A stretch of 64,000 nt of DNA from Eledone cirrhosa. Lineage: Eukaryota. Positions 1 through 13,224 of this stretch are shown piece after piece. A program made the translations under genes and the position numbers. The notes under the pieces are model-generated. The model searched no databases, had not been told where the DNA came from, and was given only the letters and a program-made list of their open reading frames with translations. The number at the start of each line of letters is the position of its first letter. The stretch's first letter is position 1. The stretch lies in the NCBI GenBank assembly GCA_964016885.1, contig OZ024741.1, positions 206,336,001 through 206,400,000 on the forward strand. The letters run 5' to 3'.

Positions 1-692
1 TATACCTTTCATTTATATATTTATACTCGGATTTCTTTCCTAGAGTGCTAAAATTATTTGTGACTAATCCCGGTATTTAAAAAAAAAAACCGCGATAATA
101 TTGCTTTTTGCTGAACTCCTTATTGTAGAGTTTTTTCGGAATGTTTTTGACTGTTGTTTCATGTAAACAAACATTCGTCTCATTCTGACGTCACCAGCCC
201 TGTTTTTCCACGTGTGCGTTTTATTTTCATAATCACGCATGATGTTAAACAAGCCTGCTTTTAAATTCCCTTTTTGGCATATTAATCAGTGAGAATTTGG
301 CTATCGAGTTGAGCTCTGCTGAGGATCGAATTCCAACCGTGACCATCTCCACTGAAGGTTTTCGTGAAATAGTCATTTTCAAGACTATACAGAGCAGTTG
401 TAGTTGTCCCAAATTGAAGGATGAGTATTTTAAACTTTGTTTTATCATGAGTTAAGGCTCTATTGATTTTTCCCTGGATTTCACTAAATTTTGTTTGATA
501 AATCTATATCCTGATTCTCTTTGAATTGAGTTTGATTTATTTTTCCCACATCTTACGTGAACTATTTTCCCATTTTGACGCTATAGTCACTTATATATTA
601 TGGAATACTGTTGGCTTCTTGCTACAATACTTTCTATACCTTTCATTTATATATTTATACTCGGATTTCTTTCCTAGAGTGCTAAAATTATT
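1..692 (+). mobile_element. HHR-bearing non-autonomous unit (retrozyme/PLE pLTR-like), period about 634 bp
   Basis: Direct repeat 1-58 = 635-692; contains HHR 313-395 and the bulged hairpin at 25-46 and 659-680; ends in a TA-rich tract. Confidence 0.7.
313..395 (+). ncRNA. Type I hammerhead ribozyme motif
   Basis: Stem I GCTCTG/CAGAGC, CTGAGGA core (319-325), stem II CGAA..TTCG, GAAA (366-369), stem III TAGTC/GACTA, cleavage triplet ATA. Confidence 0.85.
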
Positions 693-1099
693 ATATCTAT
701 ATATCATGAGCTGTTTAGCGACTACGAATGCGGGCGGAAACTACCGAAGTTGTTGTTTATGATTTACATAGTAAGCTATGTACCTAAGACGAAGGTAGGC
801 TGTAAATAAAATAAGAATAAAAAATAGTAATAATAATTTAACCACAATGCGCAGTTGTATTAATGTACCATAATTATAAATCGTTATAACCATATAAGTT
901 TGGTTAGCTGGGCACGTACATGAGTGCATATATACATACACACGCATACACATAGGTACATTACATACATATAAATACATATATATTCACACACATACAT
1001 AAGTGCATACATACATGCTCATGCATACACATATGTAGATATACATATAAATACATATAAATCTACACACATACAAGAGTGAATACATACATATATATA

Positions 1100-1655
1100 G
1101 ATTTCGCTGTGACCTGTCTTTTTCTCTTCCCTTACTGCTATCCTCTTTCTCTCTCCCCCTTCTCTCTCCTTCTCCCTCTTACTTTCATTCACCCCCTCTG
1201 CTAGTCACCCTCTCTCAGCTAGCCTCTTCCTCACACTTTCACTCACTCACTCTCTACCACTCACCCTCTCTCTCACTTCCTCCATCGTCCCACGCCGTGC
1301 GTAATTCTTTTCTCGCTTACTTTCGCTTGGTTGGGATGTGCCTCTCGTCTTCTCGTCAATATTCGCAATTTCTTATTTTCAAATGAATCATTGACTTGAT
1401 TTTCTCATTTTTTCCTTTTTTTACGTTGCCTCACCATTTATGTTTATTTACCTGTCTCTCTTTCTCCACCCAATTCTTTTTATCCCAATAACTTATTTTA
1501 GTTATTATTCGCGCTAGCCTGAGGTATCTGGTCTTTAATGCGAAGAAATACCTATGATGGCTAGTAGATCACTAATGATGGATAGTCCTATTTCTAATTC
1601 TTCATTTTAATTTGTATATCACATCTGCAACCACACATCACGCCATTTTTCATTT
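1100..1655 (+). repeat. Dispersed repeat, diverged relative of 9016-9790
   Basis: Shared blocks CGCTGTGACCTGTC, TTTAATGCGAAGAAATACC, CGCCATTTTTCAT. Confidence 0.7.
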
Positions 1656-1892
1656 CCATATACGTACATAGATATACACACATATACATATATATACAGA
1701 CAAAGGCACACACATGCATACATACCTAAGTACATACATGTATACATACATACAAATATATACATATACACACATGCATACATATATACACATATACATA
1801 CAAACCGACATACATACGCACTTACACTCAAACAAACATACATACATACATACACATACACACATACACACAAAACGTTCCTATACTGTATA

Positions 1893-3012
1893 TCTCTCCC
1901 TATATAAATTCTTTGTCTCTCTGTCTGTCTGTTCCTATGCATTATCTAACGGCTGGACCAAAAGAAAACAAATTTTACAAGGTAATAAAAGACTCCGGAA
2001 GTGTTAACATGTAATTTTTATTTTCATTTGGATTAAAACAATATAAGATTTTAACTAAACTAATATTTTTATAGTGAACTATAGTAAACCACGATAACGA
2101 CGACGACGACTCACATTTTGTATATGAGTGTGTATAAGTCTGTGAGTGCATGCGTTTGTGCGTTTGTGCGTTCGTTATGTATGCTAGGACTCAGAGAATT
2201 AAACACTCACACATCTACACATACACACACATAATGTGTGTGCGTGTATGTGAGAGTGTAGACGTCATATTTTCTGTGTATGTATCTGTTTTAGTATATG
2301 TATGTGAATGTATGTTAGAGTGTATGTGTGTGTAAATGAATGTGAGAGTGTATGTGTGTGTGAGTGTATGTGTATGTGTGTTGACTGACATAACGATATT
2401 TTCTTTAGTCAACTATAGTAAACCACCACCACCAACACCACGACAACGTCACATTTTGTATATGAGTATGCACACAGTCAATTAAACACACACACACATC
2501 TACACATACAAATACATATGTGATGACAGACAGGTGTGCGTGAATGTATGCCTGTCTTAGTATATGTGTGTGAGTGTATGTGAGAGTGTGTGTGAGTCTA
2601 TGTGAGAGTGTATGTGTGTCTGTGTCAGTGTCTGTGCGAGTGTATGTGTATGTGTGTGTATGTGTGATAATTTTTATTTTCATTTGGATTAAAACAATAG
2701 GACGCCATAATTTGTATATGAATATGTATGTGTCTGTGAGTGTGTGTATATTTGTGCGTTCATTAGGTACGTTATTAAATACACACATCTACACATACAT
2801 GAATTACACAATGAATATTGTTTACCCTAAGGTGCTTCAAGATTGACAGATTTTGATTTCTAAATTCTATTAACATTACAATTTTGATATTTCTTTTTAT
2901 AAAATATAGATATTTTGAAATAACTATGAGAAAAAAATATCTTCATATTTATTGGTTACTTATCTGAATAAGAACAACAGTAACCTAAGCAACGCCGGGT
3001 AATTCAGCTAGT
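1893..3012 (+). mobile_element. Non-autonomous Helitron-like element
   Basis: 5' region TC..CTATATAAA followed by (TCTG)n; 3' end GCAACGCCGGG..CTAG-T, also seen at 41105-41134 and 48061-48090; internal duplications. Confidence 0.55.
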
Positions 3013-3016
3013 ATAA

Positions 3017-3049
<33 letters not shown>

Positions 3050-3050
<1 letters not shown>

Positions 3051-3966
3051 GAGGTGTGTCAGAAAAGTCCCAGGACTGATGTCACAAAAGATTTATTTCA
3101 AACCCAAACTTCACACTAAGGGGTTTCTCCTTCAAAGTAACCTCCATGGAGTCTAATGCACTTTTACAACCTTTTTTCTGCCACGCTTGCATGCACTCAT
3201 GGAAGGATTCTTCCGGGATCCTCCGCTGTTCCGTCGTCACGGCTTTTTTGATCTCGTCCACGTCTTCAAAACGGGTCCCCACAGGGTCGTACTCGAAGAT
3301 CCATGACATCACCGGTGATGACTGTCCTTAGCAAGTTTGGTTCAGTTTCAAGACGCTCGAGGATGTCCTGTCACACTTGCATGCGTCGACCCTTCTGGTC
3401 ATCGTTCAGCAGTTTTGGCATCATCTTCGCGCACACTTTCCGCATGTCCAAATCTTCAGTCAGAATCTTCCAGACGCTGTCCCGATTCATGCCCAGCTCA
3501 TTTGCCCTCAATCGAACAGTCAGCTGACGATCGCTACGCACCATCTGCCTGACGTGCTCAACGTTGATCTCAGTCCAGATTGTTGAGGGCCTTCCGCACC
3601 TGGGGTCATGTTCCACGTCCTCGTGTCCTTCTTTAAACCTCTTGCAACACTGAAAAACATGTGAGCGTGACATTGTCTCATCTCCATACACTTGCTGCAG
3701 CAATCCCAGTGCTTCTGACGGAGTTTTCCCCAACCGTACCAGAAACTTCAAGTTTGTTCGTTGCCCTGTGCTCATTGCTTGACGACCTGAAACAGAGGAC
3801 ATGTATATAAAATTATGAAGAAAAAAGTTTGATCGCTGCAGAGAGCTAAAATTACAGTTACATGCTCCAGGGGGATAACTTTGAAGGAGAAAACTCTTAG
3901 TGTCAAGTTTGGGTTTGAAATAAATCTTTTGTGACATCAGTCCTGGAACTTTTCTGACACACCTGG
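3050..3966 (-). mobile_element. Tc1/mariner DNA transposon, internally deleted
   Basis: About 90-bp TIRs starting CGAGGTGTGTCAGAAAAG, TA-flanked; ORF 3371-3973 has a mariner N-terminal HTH (QRTNLKFLVRLGKT..GRP..KVCAKMMPKLL); 3082-3300 has a C-terminus (GTRFEDVDEIK); DDD core missing. Confidence 0.9.
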
Positions 3967-4317
3967 TATACATATAAAATATATGTATTAATAATTATTA
4001 ACAGCGAAAGCAAATTTTGTTATAGAAAAATTCAACGAGGAAAATACAACACACAGGAGCGATAAAGTGCAATGAAGATATTATTTTCACGCTTGCTATA
4101 ATAGGAAAAGAGCCTAAAGTATCGGACGTTAATCCTTTATCAAAAGACAAAATGAGAGAGACATGAACTAGAAAGAGTAAGAATAGGACTCCCCGCCTCG
4201 GAAAAACACTTTACAGGAGGAAAACACGTGTGTTTATTCATAGGGAGTTATATATATATATAATTCGAATATATATATATATATTTAGTTATGTAATAAA
4301 CAACATAAGATAATTAT

Positions 4318-4375
4318 TTCATTTACCAGTGGTTTCTTGAAGACAGATGTGTCTGTCTTCAGTCGTCAGAATGAA
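4318..4375 (-). ncRNA. Type I hammerhead ribozyme motif (minimal stem III)
   Basis: Minus strand TTCATT-CTGACGA-cTGAAGACAGA caca TCTGTCTTCAa-GAAA-CCAcTGG-TA-AATGAA. Confidence 0.9.
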
Positions 4376-4794
4376 TAAAAAACATGGCGTATTTATTCAA
4401 TATGGATTGGAAAACAAAATTTAGGAATATGAAAGTGAGGCTGAAAAAATGGGCGAAAAGGAAATAGGGGGAAAAAAATATATATATATATAAAAATATA
4501 AATACCTAGAGTGTAAACATACAGACACTCAACTACGCGCATATACTAAAAAGTACGTAGACGGATACTTTCTCACATAAGCGTATTTGCGTCTACATAG
4601 AAAACGGACATGAAGATAAATACATACACATACATATACACAGATATATACATAAATGCATACACATACATATACACAGATATATATGCACTCAAAAATG
4701 TACACAGAAATATGGACAGTGGTTAGGAAATTGGAATAACTAAATAAATAAATAAGAACAAATAATAAAATAATATGTATATATATATATATAT

Positions 4795-4970
4795 ATATTA
4801 TTTAACATATTAACAAATGAAGATATTCACCTAATCACAATATATGCTTTATTATATATATTTCGAAGATACTGTGTTGTTTTTTCACTACGTCCTCGTC
4901 AGATAAAATATATGATTTGATATATGACATAACTCTACGGTCTTGATATTTCAATTCCTGTATTGGCAAT
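4795..4970 (-). mobile_element. HHR-bearing repeat, same family as 34882-35155
   Basis: Minus strand CTGACGA (4896-4902)...GAAATATATA; clear homology to 34977-35155; stem I weak. Confidence 0.65.
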
Positions 4971-6994
4971 GATTTATTTCATCAAATCTCAACATTTATA
5001 TACCACAAATAATAATATGATAAACTTAAAGAAGAAAAGGACGTGGAGCGAATTAGAGATATAAGAGAGGGTGTAAAGAGGAGGAAGGCAAGAAAAAAGA
5101 TAAATACATACATAAATATTTAAATGAATAAAAATAAATAAATGGATGGATGAATAGAGGAAGAAGAAAGGAGGAATAACGACAAAAGAGAGGGAACACA
5201 AAATATAGGAGGGGGGGGGGTAGAAAAAACCGTTATTTTCAAATATTAGGTCAATTGAGGAAACCAACCAATTACCATAAACCATTGAATATCTCTTGTA
5301 TTTGATTATGGTTAAGCTAATTATACTTATATATTATATCAACATTAATCAATATACATTACTTTTTATAGCCGTCACATAATTAGTTTAATTAAAAATT
5401 TATATAATTTAATTTAACTCATTATAGATTATAATTTTTGGTTTAGGTAATATATTCCTTAAGTATTTTGTTACAACTTTTAAAAAAATGTTTTCTTTAA
5501 AGCAAATTTAAATAATTAGTAAACATGCATTAAAATATATATTAAAATACATGCATATATCACTATCAATATATATAATATATTAAGATCCTTTTTTATC
5601 CGAATTATTTTATTTAAATAGGATATTCTCTTTATCAAATCATTTCTATTCTTTAATTATCATATAATTACAGGATTAAATTGCAGTTTTTTTACCCTCA
5701 AAAGTTTTATTTCGTTAATTTATATTTACTTCTGTAATTACATATTATTATAGTTTCGTTTTAAAGATATTCTTATATTATTAAACTACATAATTCATGT
5801 CAAATATAAGTTAGCAAGCTATTCAAACAGAATAAAAATATTTACGAAGAATGTAAACAAAAGGAAGATAACTCATTCACCATATGTGAACATTTAAACC
5901 ATGTATCTACTCTGAAATCTAGTGATATTTCTAAACCATAAATCAACAATTGTCTAGTTAAATATTGAACTGTCCTAATCAAAACATAGGATACAGAGAC
6001 TCTTAATGAAATTATTCTAATAGATAAAACATCAATAAATTATTACCCCAGTAAGGCAAAAACTTATATCTATATATATATTTTAAATTTATTAATTGTC
6101 AATTTATTTCGAAACTTATGCTAAATTGCAATCTTTGCAATCTTGAGACTCTATTGATAATTACAAATTATGACAATTTAATTGTCAAGAAAAATGAATT
6201 ATTCAGCAGCTGCCAACATAAATTCGGTAAAACATTCCAGGCATTGTACAAGTTTCGAAAAAATATTGACAATTAATAATTAAAACTCCAAACAATGTAA
6301 ATAGCGGTTTCCTCTTTGGAAATAGTCTTTTAAATCGATAGTTTCTTTTGTAAACAAATGCTGTCTTTCAATTTTAAATCGCAGAAATATATGATAAATT
6401 TTATTGGAAATGTTTAAAATCAAAAGCCTTGTAAAGAGGTTTGAAACAATAAATGTAACGACGGGATTATTGCTGATGTTGTCGCCTTTGTTGTTGCTGT
6501 AGCTGCTTTTGTTGTTGCTAGTGAGTATAGTTTCTGTTTTTGTTTCGATCTAGGTTAGCTGTTACTGAACATACTTCTTATGACAATCACATTCTTTTTC
6601 CGACTGACAGCTGTTTCGGCCGTTTCGTTTAGTAACTTTCAGTGTTACAAGCAACTAAATTAGTACTCGTGAAATTATCATGTGACTCAAATCACTTAAG
6701 CCTAATTAGGTTGACCCTTTGAATTGCAAGTGCAAGCTAAGGAGACAGTGAAAGAGAAGTAGGGAAACTTAAGAAAGCACTGGAGTAGTACTTTAATTAT
6801 CACCACCGAAAAGATGAAATACAAGCTTGACGACGGAGGAATTTGAACATAGAGTTCGTTAAATAATGTCATGTTAAATCATGTCATATGAAGAGCAGCT
6901 GCTCAAAAGTGTCCGCCGAATTAGATGTCTGTGTTGGACCCCTGTTGCATCCGACTATGAGTGTTCCAGTTGTTTGAAACAACGGAACAACCCG

Positions 6995-7250
6995 TCAGTT
7001 TATTTAGCGCGTTCGTGGATGATCATTCAACAAACACATGCACCTTTAACGAAGTTCTCAAGAGGATTCAGTGTAATGCAGTGGATGGCAAGATAGGTTT
7101 TTTTTAAATTATAGGTAGAACTTCATTTTAAAAGCTGGTTGGACTGAAACAACGTGAAATAATGTATCTTGCTCAAGGACACAATGCGTAGTTTGATACA
7201 GGAATCGAACCCACAACTTTCGATCATGAACCGGAAAACTAACCACACAC
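6995..7250 (-). mobile_element. Degenerate tRNA-derived SINE (family of 26153-26443)
   Basis: GGTTCGATTCC B-box on the minus strand; CCTTGAGCAAGATAC block shared with the 26.3 and 49.9 kb copies. Confidence 0.6.
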
Positions 7251-7659
7251 CGTAACTCCATATATAAATATAGAACATATTCTTTAGACGCTTAGTACAT
7301 TGGCTTGTTTTAGCAGATGAAATATTAATGCAACATTTCCATCAAAACTTCTGTCAAATGAAAACATGACTGGTATGATAATATAATTCGGGACATAAAA
7401 CAACAATATTAAACTGTTTTAAATGTCAGTTGTCCAGCAGATGTGAATATTTCTTTCAAAATTACTGAGAAAGACATTATATACGGAATCTACAGCTTCT
7501 TGACGAGTGCACTTGATTATGGGGCTTAAGAGACAACGCTGCTGACTACAAAGAGGTGTTCGAGACAGTTGTGAAGTCCTAGATAGGATAGACAGGGTAA
7601 GCAATGGAAGACAGATCGTCTTCCAACAAGACTCCGCACCCTCTTATAATACCAGAGCG

Positions 7660-7838
7660 ACACAAGCATGGATGCGTGGCAATCTTCATGCCCACGTACT
7701 TCCAGACACATGATCTCCAGTGTCCTGGACTATTGCATATGGGCCATAGTTGGAATAGAGGTTAATCATCCCTCACACAAGACTATAGAATCTCTGAAGT
7801 CCACTATTACCAGCACAGTGTCCAGAATTGATACAGGT
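7660..7838 (+). pseudogene. Tc1/mariner transposase C-terminal relic
   Basis: Translation W.SS.P....LDYCIWAIV..EVN...H.TIESLK resembles the WP..SPDLNPLDY.IW region. Confidence 0.5.
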
Positions 7839-7852
7839 CATATATATATATT

Positions 7853-7928
<76 letters not shown>

Positions 7929-7932
<4 letters not shown>

Positions 7933-8747
7933 ATATATTTTTATTTGTTTGAGCCAAATTACTTGGTCGTTTTTATGGCTGTGCGGATAATTGTTTAACC
8001 ATCGTCTCAGTGTGTTTGGCCTTTAACGTATGTTGTAGCTCTGGTTCATCTGAATCATTGAGCGCTTGCCACACATCTCGGAAGTTGTTTTTCGTTAATT
8101 CCTAAGCCGAAATACGATTCTCGCTAATTTATAATTGTATTAATCTCCAGAGTCTAGCCATTGAACAGTTAATTTTCTTGATTTTTTTTAGTTGATTCTA
8201 TTGACTGATGAATAGCTTATGTTAACTTATAACCATTCTGTTGAGAGCTTAATTCGTTTTGTGATGTTTTGCATTCCTGCAATAATATACACATACTGAA
8301 TTAATCCGTCTAAAATAAGGGTTGCTTCCCTTGCCGAGCCCCAGATGGGGTCGGTAACGGTCATTCCTTAAATTAGCACTCGAACTAAAACCTGTTGAAA
8401 AAGTGGCTTCCTTGTTCAATCATCTTACCAGAAGCCTAACATTATTTGTGTAAGCGGACAGCACTTGATTTAGGAGTCGCAGAAACCCAAATGCTGGATT
8501 TTACCAACCATCCAAGGGTCCGGGTAAATTTTCAATCACATATTTTTTAATGTGTTTGACCCGAATTACTTGGTCGTTTTTATGGTTGTGCGGATAATTG
8601 TTTAACCATCGTCTCAGTGTGTTTGGCCTTTAGCGTATGTTATAACTCTGGTTCATTTGAATCATTGAGCGCTTGCCACACATCTCGGAGGTTGTTTTTC
8701 GTTAGTTCCTAAGCCGAAATACGATTCTCACTAATTTATAATTGTAT
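7929..8747. repeat. (TA)n-flanked unit with about 210-bp terminal direct repeat (period about 607)
   Basis: 7929-8140 is nearly identical to 8536-8747; no complete HHR found. Confidence 0.8.
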
Positions 8748-8762
8748 ATATTTATATATTTA

Positions 8763-8800
<38 letters not shown>

Positions 8801-8801
<1 letters not shown>

Positions 8802-8964
8802 GCTCAAGCCGTTTCGACGGCTAATTCTGTACAGAATTAGCCGTCGAAACGGCTTGAGCTCAGCCGTCGGAGTCTTACTTGTTCCTATTACCCACTCTAC
8901 TACCCTAAGTATTGAGTACTTTGGTGCGTTACGGTCCACCTGGTTCCTTACCACATTTCCTTCG

Positions 8965-8965
<1 letters not shown>
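8801..8965 (+). mobile_element. Mini foldback insertion with the 3' half of an HHR
   Basis: Perfect 60-bp palindrome 8801-8860; GAAA-CGGC..GCCG-TC; bulged hairpin 8894-8917; (TA)n on both sides. Confidence 0.75.
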
Positions 8966-9015
<50 letters not shown>

Positions 9016-9017
<2 letters not shown>

Positions 9018-9790
9018 GAACTTAAGTTCACAGATATCATTGACTTGTTTCTCCTCTTCTCTTTCCGTTGCATTACCATCTCTGTTTGTTTACATGTCTC
9101 GGTCGCTTCACCCTATTTTACGTGTCCCAATAACTTTTTTTAGTTATTGCTCGCACCAACCAGATGTTTAATGCGAATAAATACCAATGACGGTTGGAAT
9201 ATCACTGATGAAGGACTAATTTTATTCATATGTACCTCATATGCAACATCGCAGCCCGCCATTTTTCATATATTTATATTTTGCCCTCCGCTGTGACCTG
9301 TCTGTTTCTTTCTTACTGCTTCCCCTTTCTCTGTATCTCACACCTTCTTTTTACCCCCTCTGCCAGTCACTCTCTCTCAGCTGGCCTCTTCCTCACACTT
9401 TCACTCACTCACTCCCTGCTACTCCCCTCTCTCACTTCCTCCCGTTTGACCTGTGTGAAATCCTTTTCTCGCTCACATCTCACCCAGGTCGGATGGTCTG
9501 TATCTCTCCTCGTCTATGATTTCACTGAACTTAAGTTCACAGATGTCACTGACTTGTTTCTCCTCCCCCTCTCTCTCCGTTGCATTACCATCTCTGTTTG
9601 TTTACATGTCTCGCTCGCTTCACCCTATTTTACGCGCCCCAATAACTTTTTTTAGTTATTGCTCGCACCAACCAGAGGTATATGATCTTTAATGCGAAGA
9701 AATACCAATGACGGTTGGAAGATCACTGAGGAAGGACTAATTTTATTCATATGTACCCCATTTGCAACAACGCAGCACGCCATTTTTCAT
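9016..9790 (+). repeat. Partial tandem unit, period about 509 bp
   Basis: GAACTTAAGTTCACAGAT..CGCCATTTTTCAT repeated from 9018 and from 9527. Confidence 0.8.
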
Positions 9791-9825
9791 AGCGTTTTTC
9801 ATAGCATTTTTCATAGAATTTTCAT

Positions 9826-10375
9826 AGTGTATAGTGTGTGATGTGTGTTCTTCTTTGGGTGACTATGTTTTGGTTATTGTATTCTATCCTAGTTTACTAG
9901 TGTGTGTTTATATGTTTGTTGTTATTGTACTTGATAGAATACAATAACCAAAACACAGTCACCCAAAGACGAACACACAGCAAACACTATACACACACGC
10001 AAACGCATGCGCAGAGAAGAAGACAAAAATAAATAAATAAATAAGTAAACAGATCAAATAAAGATGGCGTAGACATACTATACAACAGGAGGAAACATAA
10101 TAGCACCACTGACGAGGATGCAGATGTGCAACGAAAGAACTTTGTTAGACTATATATATGTGTTTGTGTCTATATCATAGCTGTATTTTTGACCGTTGGT
10201 CAGTCAATGGTAAACTTTGAGGACCGAATAAATTAACTGATATAAAAGATACAGAAGCGAAAACCAACCAAACAGTGAGTGTGTTCTGTTATTATTTGTG
10301 GCAATATTATTACAACAATATGACCCTCCCCAAGTATAACAATATTTGTTTCGACACACGATTTCATATCAAAAA
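9826..10375 (+). mobile_element. Foldback repeat with degenerate HHR (family of 25590-25838, 32880-33180, 52950-53535)
   Basis: Inverted repeat about 9827-9888 / 9931-9993; CTGACGA (10109-10115)..TGCA gatg TGCA..GAAAGAACTT; shared terminal AATATGACCCTCCCCAAGTATA. Confidence 0.65.
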
Positions 10376-10410
<35 letters not shown>

Positions 10411-10413
<3 letters not shown>

Positions 10414-12392
10414 ATCATAAAGAGCAAAAGACAACCTAAATCCATAAAAAACATCCTTACTCAAGCCAAAATCCAACAAATCCTCACAATAAACCCTACA
10501 GTAACAAAATGCGGAAGGCCCAACTGTGGCATATGCATAAATCTAATAGAAGGTTCAACATTCCATTTTAAACAAGGACAACATTTCACAGTTAAACACA
10601 ACTTTACATGTGCATCTGAAACCTAATCTATGTTTTGACATGCTCAGATTGTCAAGAGCACTACATAGGACAGACAAAAAACAGCCTCCGACAACGTATG
10701 TCGGTCCATAAAAGACAAATCAAAATACAGGAATACAGAAAGATTGCGTTTAGTGAACATATCGCCAATTGTGCACCCAACCAACATCCAAACTTTAAAA
10801 TGTTTTCCCCATTTACAAATTCATAGAGTTTCATCCATTGTACCAATAAGGAAAGGTATTTCATTAACAAATGTAGGTTTGTCTCGGCTGATTGAGAAGT
10901 CACTGAAAAATAAGTCTTTTAAGACAAATATGTGTGTGTGTGTGTAGTAGTAGCAAATATGTGTGTGTGTGTGTGTGTGTAGTAGGGATGTGTGTGTGAA
11001 TTGCAGTCATGTTGACAGGTCAACATTTCAGGGGCCTATTAAGACAAGTGTGTGTGTGGGGGGGGGGTATGTGTAGCAGAGTAATTCGTGGTAGAGGGAT
11101 CGGTCAGTAGGAATGTGTCTGTACGTGTGTGGGGGATATTTTAACATGTTAAAATATATTTTTCACCTGTTGTCTTATACGGAGAAGTGTGTGTGTGTGC
11201 GTGTGTGTGTGCGTGTGTGTGTATATGTCTCTTTGTATGTTAGTGTACGCGTGTGTATGTATGTGTGTATATGTGTGTGTATATGTGTGTATGTGTGTGT
11301 GTGGGTGGACTAGTATTTTTGTGATACTGGTAAAAATGGTGTACATTATTCGATATTTTCAGTAAAAACGATTCTCTCAATAGAACATCAAAAACCTTAA
11401 GAATAAAAGGTGTGAAATGATATATAGTATTGTCATAACACCAAGGTGTCTGTGAGTGTCCAGATTGTACGTACTGCAAGGGGGATCCATTAGGCCCTTC
11501 CGTATTGGAATACTTGTGTACAAATATGTATGTTATAGTAAAACACAATTTCACATGCGCATCAGAAAATCTAATATATGTATTAACTTGCTCAGGTTGT
11601 CGAGAAAAATACATAGGCCAGACCAAAAACAGCCTCCGCCAACGCATGACTGTCCATAGATCCCAAATTAAAATACGGGAATAGAGGAAAATACCACTGA
11701 GTGAACACATTGATACCTGTGCCGCCCAAAATCATCCCAACTTCAGAATCTTTCTCCTCTACAAATTTAAAGATAATGCCACCCACACCCAGTGCATCAG
11801 CAAGGAATCTCACTTTATTAACAAATACGGACCCCGTCTAAACACTTCTCCCTAAGACGAACCCACAATATACACACGTCAACATACATACCTACATCAG
11901 CATACAACCTACATACATCTCTATCCACATATAAATACAATGACATACGTAAACACACATGTTCTATGGTGCAACACAAACATACACAAATTTGCATACC
12001 TTTTGATGTCTATAGATATAAACGTGCCGACACACACTCATACATATACGCACACATGCATTGCACACTGATGGGCACATACATATTTGTACACAAGTAT
12101 TCCAATACGGCAGGGCCTAATGGATTCCCCTTGCAGTAAGTACAATCTGGACACTCACACACACCTTGTGTTATGACAATACTATATATCATTTCACACC
12201 TTTTATTATTAAGGTTTTTGATGTTCTATGGAGAGAATCGTTTTTACTGAAAATATCGAATAATGTACACCATTTTTACCAGTATCACAAAAATACTGGT
12301 CCACCCACACACACACACACACACATACACACATATACACACACACACATATATACACACACATACAGACGCGTACACTAACATACAAAGAG

Positions 12393-12434
<42 letters not shown>

Positions 12435-13095
12435 CTTCGTATAAGACAAGAGGTGAAAAATATATTTTAAAATGTTAAAATATCCCCCACACACGTACAG
12501 ACACATTCCTACTGACCGATCCCTCTACCACGAATTACTCTGCTACACACACATACCCCCTCCCCCCACACACAAACTTGTCTTAATAGGCACCTGAACT
12601 GTTGACCTGTCAACATGACTGCAATTCGCACACACATCCCTACTGACCATTATCACAACAATGAACCTTTTACTACTACACACACACATATTTGTCTTAA
12701 AAGACTTATTTAACAGTGACTTCTCCATCAGCGGAGACAAATCTACATTTGGCGCAAAATCAATTTTTAACATTCACATGACCTCTATCGACCAATGAAA
12801 ATTGTTTTGACAACAATAATTTTTGCAACACGAATTGGCGCGAAACTTATTTTAATACATCTGGAGCCACTTTTTTCACATAAAACAGGTAGAATTTCCC
12901 AAACTAATCAGATTAGAGCAAACATCACGGGCGCTCTATCTCAAAATTATATTTGAAAAGCATTAGAAATGCGCAACCGGTAAAAACTTAAAACCAAAAC
13001 TGAATACTAACCAATACTTATTACTAATTTTTACTTATTCCTAATTAAACTATTTTTCACTGGGAACAATTTGTCAGCAGTTTCTTTTCCTTTTA

Positions 13096-13100
<5 letters not shown>
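10411..13100. mobile_element. Rearranged Neptune-type Penelope fragments (EN +, 3'UTR -, EN+3'UTR +)
   Basis: GIY-YIG pieces (TCSDCQEHYIGQTKNSLRQRMSVH at 10635; LIYVLTCSGCREKYIGQT near 11570); non-coding parts match 20350-21930. Confidence 0.9.
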
Positions 13101-13133
<33 letters not shown>

Positions 13134-13170
13134 GAAATAAACCAAAAGAAGCCTTCAATACATCAAAAGT

Positions 13171-13224
13171 CTTTATTAGCCAACAATGTTTCGTCCTATT
13201 AAGGACTCATCAGGGCAAGTAAAG
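13171..13224 (-). ncRNA. Minimal hammerhead ribozyme motif
   Basis: Minus strand CTTTActtGCC-CTGATGA-GTCCT taat AGGAC-GAAA-CAtTG-TT-GGCtaaTAAAG. Confidence 0.9.

Noticed and set aside
4030-4150. Very decayed HHR and hairpin-like sequence on the minus strand
   Set aside because: Core reads TTGATAA..GATA; too many mismatches to support.
8090-8125. CCTAAGCC resembling a twister ribozyme loop
   Set aside because: Other twister stems and pseudoknots could not be assembled.
8200-8260. CTGATGA followed by a hairpin
   Set aside because: No GAAA or stem III; not counted as an HHR.
9690-9745. Type II hammerhead reading (GAAA before CTGAGGA)
   Set aside because: No UH site and no stem II pairing could be built.
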